Shown piece by piece: positions 28,372-35,954 of a stretch of DNA of 36,787 bases (the first letter of the stretch is position 1; every line of letters starts with the position of its first letter). The stretch comes from an uncultured Candidatus Saccharibacteria bacterium (GTDB lineage: Bacteria; Patescibacteriota; Minisyncoccia; Phycocordibacterales; UBA12079): NCBI GenBank assembly GCA_964459145.1, contig CAYWKC010000004.1, positions 1 to 36,787 on the forward strand, written 5' to 3'. Both the position numbers and the translations under genes were made by a program. The notes under the pieces were generated by a model. That model saw only the letters and a program-made list of their open reading frames with translations, made no database searches and was not told the DNA's origin.

Positions 28372-28398
28372 ATCGGAAGAGGTCTGACCTTCTCAGAT
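28372..28398. repeat. Degenerate GAGGTCnGACCT-family palindrome just after the rpoD stop
   Basis: ATCGGAAGAGGTC-T-GACCTTCTCAGAT. Confidence 0.7.
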
Positions 28399-28483
28399 TT
28401 AGTTTTTCAAGATTTTTTAGATATAAATTTTTAAAGTTTTGAGATAAAAATCGAACACCCAATAAATAGGGCTGGTTTAGGGC

Positions 28484-28798
28484 CTAGACAAGAGTATAAT
28501 GGACATTATGACCGGAGGGGGAGGATTGGAGGATTTTGCCTGCTTGTTCTAATTGGTTGAGATAACGGAGAGCAGTGGTGCCAGAGACATTTAAGAGTTT
28601 TTCGACATCCTCACGAGTGATGCCAGTTGGTTTGTCTGCTAAATTACAATTCTGGAGAGCTTGTTGGTGGGCGGTTTCTCTCTGGAGAAATTCTAAAATT
28701 TGTTGTTTGCGTTCCTCGGTTCTTTCAGTGAGGACTTCTTGAGCTTCCTCTTGCAAGTTGTCTAATTCGGCTTTGGGTAAATCAGCAGAGGGGGTGTC
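28484..28798 (-). pseudogene. 5'-truncated winged-HTH (DeoR-like) gene fragment, or a short gene from TTG 28756
   Basis: ITREDVEKLLNVSGTTALRYLNQLEQAGKI wHTH; frame stays open with no ATG up to a TGA at 28799-28801. Confidence 0.55.
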
Positions 28799-28799
28799 T

Positions 28800-28846
28800 C
28801 AATTGGTTGACAATTGGTTGACAATTAAAAAGCATTTGTTTACAAT
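28800..28846 (+). promoter_or_regulatory. Near-consensus sigma70 promoter overlapped by an 11-bp tandem repeat
   Basis: TTGACA (28818-28823)-17 bp-TACAAT (28841-28846); CAATTGGTTGA x2 + CAATT at 28800-28826. Confidence 0.7.
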
Positions 28847-28857
28847 ATAGTTTATAT

Positions 28858-29895
28858 ATGTTGACCAAAGAAAAAATTCTTCAGGAAGTTTATAATAAAG
28901 GCATTATAAAAACTTCTGATTTTATAGAGAGTTTTGGTGTGTCTCGGCAATATGTCTCAAAATTACTCTCCGGATTAGTCGATAAAAATCTCTTAATTAA
29001 GGTTGGTTCAACTCGGTCGGCTTTTTATACAACTGAAGAATTTTTGCAGAAGAATCCAAAATTTGCTCCAAATTCATATTCTAAAACTTTAAATAACAAA
29101 AACTTAGAAGAACACAAAATATTGAATGACATACAAAGGTCTTTTTTGCCAATATCGTCAATTTCTGAAAATGTAAAAAGTATTTTTGAGTATGCCTTTT
29201 CGGAAATGTTAAATAATGCGATAGAACATTCTACTTCAAAAAAAATTAAAATATTTGTTAGTTTGCAAAAAGAGGTGCTTTCTTTTGTGGTTGATGATTT
29301 TGGAATTGGGGTATTCAGAAATATAATGAAAAAGAAAAATCTGAATTCTGAAATAGAAGCGATTCAGGATCTCTTGAAAGGAAAAACAACGACGGCTCCT
29401 AAGCTTCATTCCGGAGAAGGAATCTTTTTTACCTCAAAAGTTGGAGATGAATTTGTGCTTGATAGTTATGGACATCAATTTATTGCGGATAATATTATAA
29501 AAGATATTTTTGTAAAAAAAGTTAAAGGTCAAAAGCAAGGGACAAAAGTTACTTTTAAAATCAATCTAAATGATAAACATCATTTGAATGACATTTTTAA
29601 AAAATATACGAATATTGGGGAAAATAGCGATTATGGTTTTGACAAAACCGAAATAAGAGTTAGGTTGTATCTGTTAGGGGGGGTTCATATATCAAGGTCT
29701 CAAGCTCGTCGTGTTTTATCTGGTTTGGAGAAATTTAAAGTGATTGTTATGGACTATGATAAAGTTCCAACAGTTGGGCAGGCTTTTGCTGATGAAATTT
29801 ATCGTGTATTTAAAAATAAAAAACCTGAGATTGAAATTCAAAATATCAATATGAACGAGACAGTCCAATTTATGGTTGAAAGAGCAAAAAATTAG
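28858..29895 (+). CDS. wHTH + HATPase_c (GHKL) + STAS-like (DUF4325-type) protein
   Basis: GVSRQYVSKLL HTH; EMLNNAIEHS, DFGIG, HSGEGIFFT, GTKV; SRSQARR...VGQAFADEIYRV. Confidence 0.8.
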   Translation: MLTKEKILQEVYNKGIIKTSDFIESFGVSRQYVSKLLSGLVDKNLLIKVGSTRSAFYTTEEFLQKNPKFAPNSYSKTLNNKNLEEHKILNDIQRSFLPISSISENVKSIFEYAFSEMLNNAIEHSTSKKIKIFVSLQKEVLSFVVDDFGIGVFRNIMKKKNLNSEIEAIQDLLKGKTTTAPKLHSGEGIFFTSKVGDEFVLDSYGHQFIADNIIKDIFVKKVKGQKQGTKVTFKINLNDKHHLNDIFKKYTNIGENSDYGFDKTEIRVRLYLLGGVHISRSQARRVLSGLEKFKVIVMDYDKVPTVGQAFADEIYRVFKNKKPEIEIQNINMNETVQFMVERAKN

Positions 29896-29916
29896 GTAAA
29901 AATTTAGGGTTGTATA

Positions 29917-32900
29917 ATGGAAAGCAAGATGTCTACAAAAAAATTTGAAACTGAATATAAAAGGTTAAATCCTCATCAAAAACAGGCAGTAGATGCGGTG
30001 GAGGGGACAGTGATGGTGGTAGCGGGGCCGGGAACTGGCAAAACTCAAATTTTAAGTTTGCGAATTGCGAATATCTTGAAACAAACTGACACCAACCCAG
30101 AAAATATTCTGGCATTAACTTTTACGAATGCGGGGGTATTTGCTATGCGGAAAAGATTGATTGAAATTATTGGAGCAGAGGCCTACCGAGTGAATATTTT
30201 TACTTTTCATAGTTTTTGTGAAGCTTTGGTTAATGAGTTTGGTGAAGAGTATCAAAAAATTGCGGGGGCGAAACTTATTTCACCAGTGGAACAATTACAG
30301 ATAATTGAGGAGATTATTAAGGAAAGTGAGTTTGATAAGTTACGACCTTGGGGGAAGACTTCTACTTATGTAAATAGTTTGCCAACAGTAATAAATAAAT
30401 TAAAACGAGAAAATATCTCGGTAGAAAAATTAAAACAGATTTTATCTGAACAAGAAAAAAATTTTTCTCAGATTGAGGACTTGTATCATACCAAAGGGAA
30501 GTGGGGGGGTCAGATGAAAGGTAAATATAAACAAGAGGAAAAAAATTTGGAGAAGAATAAAGAGGTGGTAATTTTTTATGAAGAATACGAACAGTGGTTG
30601 AGGAAGAAGCAGTTATATGATTTTGATGATGTAATTTTAGAGACAATTCGGGCGATGGAAAATAACCCAGATTTTTTATTAGCATTACAGGAAAAGTATC
30701 AATATATTTTAGTAGACGAGCATCAGGACACTAATGATTCACAGAATAAGATTTTGGAATTGTTGACGAATTTTTTTGAACGACCGAATTTATTTATTGT
30801 GGGAGACGAAAAACAAGCGATTTATCGTTTTCAAGGAGCTTCTTTGGAAAATTTTATGTTTTTTAAAGATAAATATAAGGATGTTTTAATGGTTGGTTTA
30901 GAAGAAAATTATAGGTCTACTCAGAAAATTTTGGATGGGGCTTTGAGTTTGATGAAAAATAATCAGGCATCCGATGCCTCTAAGAACACTTCTCAAGGAG
31001 TTACCCCCCAAGAATCGGGGCGGTTTGGAGGGGTTCCCGAGCTGAAAGCTATGGTAGGCGGGTCAGGAGTAGAAATTTCAGTTTATCCTTTTTCTGAAGA
31101 GGAATTTGAAAAAAGGTTTTTAGCAGAGGATATTCAAAAGAAAATAAAGGCAGGTGTTCCTCTTAATGAAATTGCTATTTTTTATCGTAATAATAGTGAA
31201 GTGCTTGATATTATGAAAGCTTTAGAAAAAGTACAGGTGCCGTTTGTGGTTGAGTCCAAACAAAATATTTTAACGGATGCAGATATTTTAAAAATAATTT
31301 TGATACTTAAAACTGTAAATCGTCTAGGCGATAACATTTGGTTGGGGAAAATGTTGTTTATTGATTTTTTGAAAATTGATAGTTTGGATATTTATAAGTT
31401 GATGTCTTTTAGTCAGAAACAAAAAGTTGGTTTATTTGATTGTCTGATTTCTGAAAAATTTCTCAAAGAAGCTGGTGTCAGTGAGATTAAAAAGTTGGCG
31501 AATTTATATAAAAAAATTGAGGGTTGGAAAAAGACCGCAATGAATAAAGATTTGACGACTTGTTTAGAAGAGATTGTTTACCAGTCAGGTTATTTTGATT
31601 ATTTGTTAAAAGCCGAGGATTCAGCCGAAAGATTACAGAAACTTAATAAGTTTTTTGATGAAGCCAAACAATTTATTCAGGGGAAACAAGGAGCAAGATT
31701 GGCTGACTTTGTAAAATATTTGGAGTTGTTGGAAAATTATCAAGTTCCTCTTAAAACCAAGAGTAATGACCTGTTTAATGGGGTCAGATTGATGACAGCT
31801 CATGGGGCGAAAGGTTTAGAATTTGATGTGGTTTATCTTGTTAATGTGGTGGATAAACATTGGGGGAATAAGATTTCAAAACAGCCATTTAAATTGCCTA
31901 TCCACGGGATTGAGCAAGGAAATGCTGATGAACGGAGGTTGTTTTTTGTGGCGTTGACGAGGGCAAGAAAAGAAGTTATTATGACTTACGCTAAAAAGAA
32001 AATTGATGGGCGGGATCAATTGCCTACACAATTTTTGGCAGAAATTGATGAAAAGTTTCTAAAAGAAAAAGATGTTAAAAAGATAGAACTTGATTTTCTT
32101 AAAAATACTCAGTTGTTAGCGTCAGAGGTAAACAGAGTTAAAATCAATCTTAAAAATAAGGAATATTTGAATCGGTTATTTTTGCAGAGAGGGCTGAATG
32201 CAACCGCAGTGAATAATTATCTGCAATGTCCGTGGTTATATTTTTTCAAAAGTTTGCTAAAAATTCCCACGGCCTATAATAAAAATATGGCTTACGGGAA
32301 TGTGATGCACAAGACTTTAGAAGAATTTTTTGAGAAGGTTCGGCGAGAGCAAAAAACGAGTAAGAAATTATTGGTGGACATTTTTAGAAAAAATGCCGAA
32401 AAAGGTTTTTTGAATGACAGTGATAAACAAGAGGCCTTAGGAAAAGGTGAACGAGCTTTAGCGGGTTGCTATGAGACTTATCATCAAGAATGGAAAAAAG
32501 AAATTTTGAATGAGTTTAATATTAAAGGAATTTTGTTTGAAATTGAAGAGGGTCGAGAAGTCTTTTTGTCTGGTAAATTGGACAAGGTTGAATTATTGGA
32601 AGCTGGGCAAGTCAAAGTGATTGACTATAAAACAGGAAAAGTTAAAAGTCGGGGAGTGATTGAAGGCACTACGAAAGATTCTAACGGAAATTATAAACGG
32701 CAGTTAGTTTTCTATAAATTGCTTTTAGATAGATACAACGAGGAACAATATCAGATGGTAGTGGGAGAAATTGATTTTATTGAACCGAATGAAAGAGGTA
32801 AGTATAAAAAGGAATTATTTGAGATTAGTCGAGAGGAGGTGCAGGCTTTGGAAGAAGTGATTAAAAAGATTTCCAAAGAGATTTTGGAGTTATCGTTTTG

Positions 32901-32961
32901 GGATAAAAAGTGTAATGATAAAAATTGTGAATTTTGCCGGTTGCGAGAGGTGCTGGGGTAA
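29917..32961 (+). CDS. UvrD/PcrA-family SF1 helicase fused to a C-terminal PD-(D/E)xK nuclease
   Basis: AGPGTGKT, LTFTN, VDEHQD, VGDEKQAIYRFQGA, NYRS, TAHGAKGLEF, ERRLFFVALTRA; GKLDKV...IDYKTG. Confidence 0.92.
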   Translation: MESKMSTKKFETEYKRLNPHQKQAVDAVEGTVMVVAGPGTGKTQILSLRIANILKQTDTNPENILALTFTNAGVFAMRKRLIEIIGAEAYRVNIFTFHSFCEALVNEFGEEYQKIAGAKLISPVEQLQIIEEIIKESEFDKLRPWGKTSTYVNSLPTVINKLKRENISVEKLKQILSEQEKNFSQIEDLYHTKGKWGGQMKGKYKQEEKNLEKNKEVVIFYEEYEQWLRKKQLYDFDDVILETIRAMENNPDFLLALQEKYQYILVDEHQDTNDSQNKILELLTNFFERPNLFIVGDEKQAIYRFQGASLENFMFFKDKYKDVLMVGLEENYRSTQKILDGALSLMKNNQASDASKNTSQGVTPQESGRFGGVPELKAMVGGSGVEISVYPFSEEEFEKRFLAEDIQKKIKAGVPLNEIAIFYRNNSEVLDIMKALEKVQVPFVVESKQNILTDADILKIILILKTVNRLGDNIWLGKMLFIDFLKIDSLDIYKLMSFSQKQKVGLFDCLISEKFLKEAGVSEIKKLANLYKKIEGWKKTAMNKDLTTCLEEIVYQSGYFDYLLKAEDSAERLQKLNKFFDEAKQFIQGKQGARLADFVKYLELLENYQVPLKTKSNDLFNGVRLMTAHGAKGLEFDVVYLVNVVDKHWGNKISKQPFKLPIHGIEQGNADERRLFFVALTRARKEVIMTYAKKKIDGRDQLPTQFLAEIDEKFLKEKDVKKIELDFLKNTQLLASEVNRVKINLKNKEYLNRLFLQRGLNATAVNNYLQCPWLYFFKSLLKIPTAYNKNMAYGNVMHKTLEEFFEKVRREQKTSKKLLVDIFRKNAEKGFLNDSDKQEALGKGERALAGCYETYHQEWKKEILNEFNIKGILFEIEEGREVFLSGKLDKVELLEAGQVKVIDYKTGKVKSRGVIEGTTKDSNGNYKRQLVFYKLLLDRYNEEQYQMVVGEIDFIEPNERGKYKKELFEISREEVQALEEVIKKISKEILELSFWDKKCNDKNCEFCRLREVLG

Positions 32962-32970
32962 ATTAGGGTA

Positions 32971-33009
32971 AAAAAAGCCAAAACTCAAAATGTTTCTTTT
33001 GGGTTTTTT
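32971..33009. terminator. Possible bidirectional terminator between convergent genes
   Basis: AAAAAAGCCAAAA ... TTTTGGGTTTTTT, one mismatch, weak stem. Confidence 0.3.
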
Positions 33010-33745
33010 ATTGACCTTGAAGGATGAGATCAATAATAGATTTAACGACGTTGTAAGGTTGAGCGCCATCAATGGGGTAGGTTTTGCCTAATCTGGTTAA
33101 AATAATTGTGTGGGGAGTTCCTCCGGTTGTGCCTGATATTCCTAAAACACCTGCCTCAATTCCACTTTGGTATTCTTGTTTAACTAAATCTAAGATAGAA
33201 TCGTCTTCCAAACAATTTAAAAAATCCTCCTTTTTTAATTTGATGGACACGGCTAATTCTATCAGTTGTTCAGTTACAAATTCTTTTTTCTCACTAAATT
33301 GAGTTTGAAAAATTTTGTCCGACATTTCCCAAAATTTAGCATTCCCCCCTAATTGACCAGCACAGCGAGTAGCAATAGCTTTTTTTTCAGCAGTGGCTCC
33401 ATAAATAGGAAATTGTCTAAAAATCCAAGCTACTTTTCCGTCTTTTCCATAGTTGTCTATTATTTGATGCATGGTTTGGTGAAATATTTTACAAAATGAG
33501 CATTCAAAATCACTGAAATTAATGAAAATTAAATCAGCTTCAGGACTACCCAAAAGATAATCTGTGTTTCTAACACTGACAGATTCAGAAGAAGTTGGAG
33601 AAATTTGCTTGGTGTTGGGGGCAATCTCTTTGTTTTCTATTTTTAATTCACTTTTTTTGTTAGTTGCCATTATTCCCCAAGCGATTAAACCTCCTGCAAT
33701 TAGAATGGCAATGGGTATTAAAAGTTTGTTAGATTGTTCTGGCAT
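33008..33745 (-). CDS. Membrane-anchored DsbA/thioredoxin-fold oxidoreductase
   Basis: N-terminal TM; FSDFECSFC (CxxC), RQFP, GTP, GAQPY. Confidence 0.9.
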   Translation of the reverse strand: MPEQSNKLLIPIAILIAGGLIAWGIMATNKKSELKIENKEIAPNTKQISPTSSESVSVRNTDYLLGSPEADLIFINFSDFECSFCKIFHQTMHQIIDNYGKDGKVAWIFRQFPIYGATAEKKAIATRCAGQLGGNAKFWEMSDKIFQTQFSEKKEFVTEQLIELAVSIKLKKEDFLNCLEDDSILDLVKQEYQSGIEAGVLGISGTTGGTPHTIILTRLGKTYPIDGAQPYNVVKSIIDLILQGQ

Positions 33746-33750
33746 AATTC

Positions 33751-33881
33751 ACCTTGTTAAATATCTTTAAATTCTTTATGATTTATTGATAATTTTTTAT
33801 AAAAGTAACAGAGATATTATATACAAAAATGACGGAAATTTAAAGTTAAAATTTGTTGGAACAAATTTTATTTAACAAGGT
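33751..33881. mobile_element. 131-bp TIR-bounded element (subtype B)
   Basis: Perfect 13-bp TIR ACCTTGTTAAATA / TATTTAACAAGGT; internal 24-bp near-palindrome 33847-33870; AATT one base outside both ends. Confidence 0.7.
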
Positions 33882-33884
33882 AAA

Positions 33885-34475
33885 TTAAAAAGGCAAAGTA
33901 TGAGTGATAGAATTATTTTTTTTCTCTTCCCAATAGGAAGTATCTAAAGGTATCTTTTTTATTTTAGCACCGTCTTTATATTTTAAATAGCCATTTTTTA
34001 AAGCGTAATTATAAATATTTTTGGTAACCCGAACGTCGTCTAAACAATACTGGCGAATTTTTTCTATCTCACCATTTTTCCACCAAGTAATAGCTTTTAA
34101 ACCATTACCACTTTTACCCTCACCTAAAGTGGCAATAGCAACACTATCTAATTTTAATCTTTTACCGATAGAATTTTTAATCTCTTTCAAAATGTCTAGA
34201 CTTTTGATGGTACTTAAATTTCCTGGATAGTGTTTATTTAATAAGGGAATATCAAAATGGTCAGAATTATAGCCAACCAATAAATCGGCTTTTTCTAAAA
34301 TTGGCCAAAGGCGAGCGAAATCATTTTCTAAAAAACTATCATATTTGTCTGTTTTGGAATCGTGAATGCAGACAATAGAAATATCTAACAGAGCAGGGTC
34401 ATTTTTCCCAATATCTTCAAACGTATTTTTTGTTTCAATATCAAAGGTAATTTTCCGCATCAGACTTTTTTTCAT
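33885..34475 (-). CDS. RNase H-like / DEDD 3'-5' exonuclease domain protein (YprB-like; start may be 34460)
   Basis: TFDIET, VGYNSDHFDIP, LDSVA, YCLDDV. Confidence 0.85.
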   Translation of the reverse strand: MKKSLMRKITFDIETKNTFEDIGKNDPALLDISIVCIHDSKTDKYDSFLENDFARLWPILEKADLLVGYNSDHFDIPLLNKHYPGNLSTIKSLDILKEIKNSIGKRLKLDSVAIATLGEGKSGNGLKAITWWKNGEIEKIRQYCLDDVRVTKNIYNYALKNGYLKYKDGAKIKKIPLDTSYWEEKKNNSITHTLPF

Positions 34476-35775
34476 TTTTTATAAAATCAAAGATTTCATT
34501 TTCATCCATTTCTTTCTCTTTGCCTGTTTGTAAATTTTTTAATTTATATTGGCTGTTTTTGACTTCATTTTCACCGATGCAAATAATGTAAAGGATATTT
34601 TTTTTATTAGCCACAGTAATTTGGTCTCCAATTTTCTTATCTGAATAATTAACTGCTACTTTTAATTTTTGTTCTCTTAATTTAGTAGCTAGTTGATTAG
34701 CAGTCTCAAAATATTCAGGGGAGAGGGGACAAAGATATAAATCAGTTTGGGATTGGTATTCAGGTAATAAATTCCTGGTTTCTAAAAAGTCTTGCAAAGT
34801 GACATCTCCCATTCCAAAACCAACGGCTGGAATTTTTTCAATTCCAAAAATGTCTAACAGGTTGTCATAACGTCCACCTCCAAACAGAGCTCGTTTATTA
34901 TCGGGGTTGGTGTCAAAGAATTCAAAGACGATGCCAGTGTAGTAGTCAAAACCACGGGTTAATAAAGTGTCTAATTTAGAAGGAATGTCTTTGTTTTTTA
35001 GTTTTATTTGTAAATCCAAGCATTTTTTGAAATCAAGGTCTTCTCCTGAAATTTTAATAAATTCACCATTGTTTATCTTGTTTTTCAAAATTATTGCACT
35101 CCCTTTTCCTAAAACATCCTCTATTCTTTTGTTATATTCTTTTTCTGATATTTTTCCCAAACGATCAATTATCTTGATAGTTTTTTTGATTTTTTCTTCG
35201 TTCGTCTCGTTTATTATTTTACAAATAGTTCTAGCTAACATTCCTGCATAATTGATTTTAATTACAAAATCCTCATCTTTAGCTCCTAAAGATTTCATAA
35301 TTTTATAACCTAAAGAAATAATTTCTACTTCTGCCTCTAATCCTGCTACTCCAAAGATATCAGCATTCAACTGCCAAAATTCTCTGAGGCGACCTTTTTG
35401 GGGTCTTTCATAACGGAAAAAATTTTGAAGAGAAAACCAACGCAAAGGATAAGTTAACTCTCTTTTTCTTTTCGCCACCATTCGGGCAATACTGGGGGTC
35501 ATTTCTGGTCGCAAGGTAACATCTCTCCCACCACGGTCAATGAAAGAGTAAGTTTGTTCATTCACTATTTCTTCACCTGTTTTGGCTTTATATAATTCTG
35601 TTGGTTCTAAAACAGAAGCGTTGTATTCTTCATAACCAAAACTTTCTGTGACTTGGCGAGCTTTATCAAAAATAAATTTTTGCACAGCCAAATCTTCCGG
35701 ATAAAAATCCCGGGTGCCTTTATATGGGTCTGTGGATACCTGCCTGTCGGCAGGCAGGATTTGTTTTTTCTCCAT
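34441..35775 (-). CDS. hisS: Histidine--tRNA ligase
   Basis: KGTRDFYP, LRPEMT, FRYERPQKGRLREFWQ, RGFDYYTG, GGGRYD. Confidence 0.97.
   Translation of the reverse strand: MEKKQILPADRQVSTDPYKGTRDFYPEDLAVQKFIFDKARQVTESFGYEEYNASVLEPTELYKAKTGEEIVNEQTYSFIDRGGRDVTLRPEMTPSIARMVAKRKRELTYPLRWFSLQNFFRYERPQKGRLREFWQLNADIFGVAGLEAEVEIISLGYKIMKSLGAKDEDFVIKINYAGMLARTICKIINETNEEKIKKTIKIIDRLGKISEKEYNKRIEDVLGKGSAIILKNKINNGEFIKISGEDLDFKKCLDLQIKLKNKDIPSKLDTLLTRGFDYYTGIVFEFFDTNPDNKRALFGGGRYDNLLDIFGIEKIPAVGFGMGDVTLQDFLETRNLLPEYQSQTDLYLCPLSPEYFETANQLATKLREQKLKVAVNYSDKKIGDQITVANKKNILYIICIGENEVKNSQYKLKNLQTGKEKEMDENEIFDFIKNEKKSDAENYL
35739..35758. repeat. 20-bp GC-rich near-palindrome in the hisS 5' end
   Basis: CCTGCCTGTCGGCAGGCAGG, one mismatch; encodes LPADRQ. 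Confidence 0.85.
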
Positions 35776-35784
35776 AGTCTTCTA

Positions 35785-35813
35785 ATTTTAACGGAAATGA
35801 CGAAAAGATACAA
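35785..35813 (-). promoter_or_regulatory. Candidate sigma70 promoter for hisS
   Basis: Minus strand TTGTAT-17 bp-TAAAAT, 9 nt before the ATG. Confidence 0.5.
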
Positions 35814-35904
35814 GGTTGTGTTCAGTTAACCTTATGGGGTGACAAATATGTTAAATTGGGGTGACAAAGGTTAATCATCTTAATTTTAATCATTAAAATA
35901 ATGA

Positions 35905-35950
35905 AATAAGAAAACCGCTCAAACAGAAACGGTTTTCTGTTGAACGGTTT
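35905..35950 (-). terminator. Probable intrinsic terminator of the last gene
   Basis: Imperfect ~17-bp stem AAACCGCTCAAACAGAAA / TTTCTGTTGAACGGTTT just after the stop at 35955; T-rich tail on the minus strand. Confidence 0.55.
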
Positions 35951-35954
35951 GTTT

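Noticed and set aside
29890-32975. AATTAGG(G)TAAAAA on both sides of the helicase gene as a target duplication
   Set aside because: Short, AT-rich, imperfect; chance is likely
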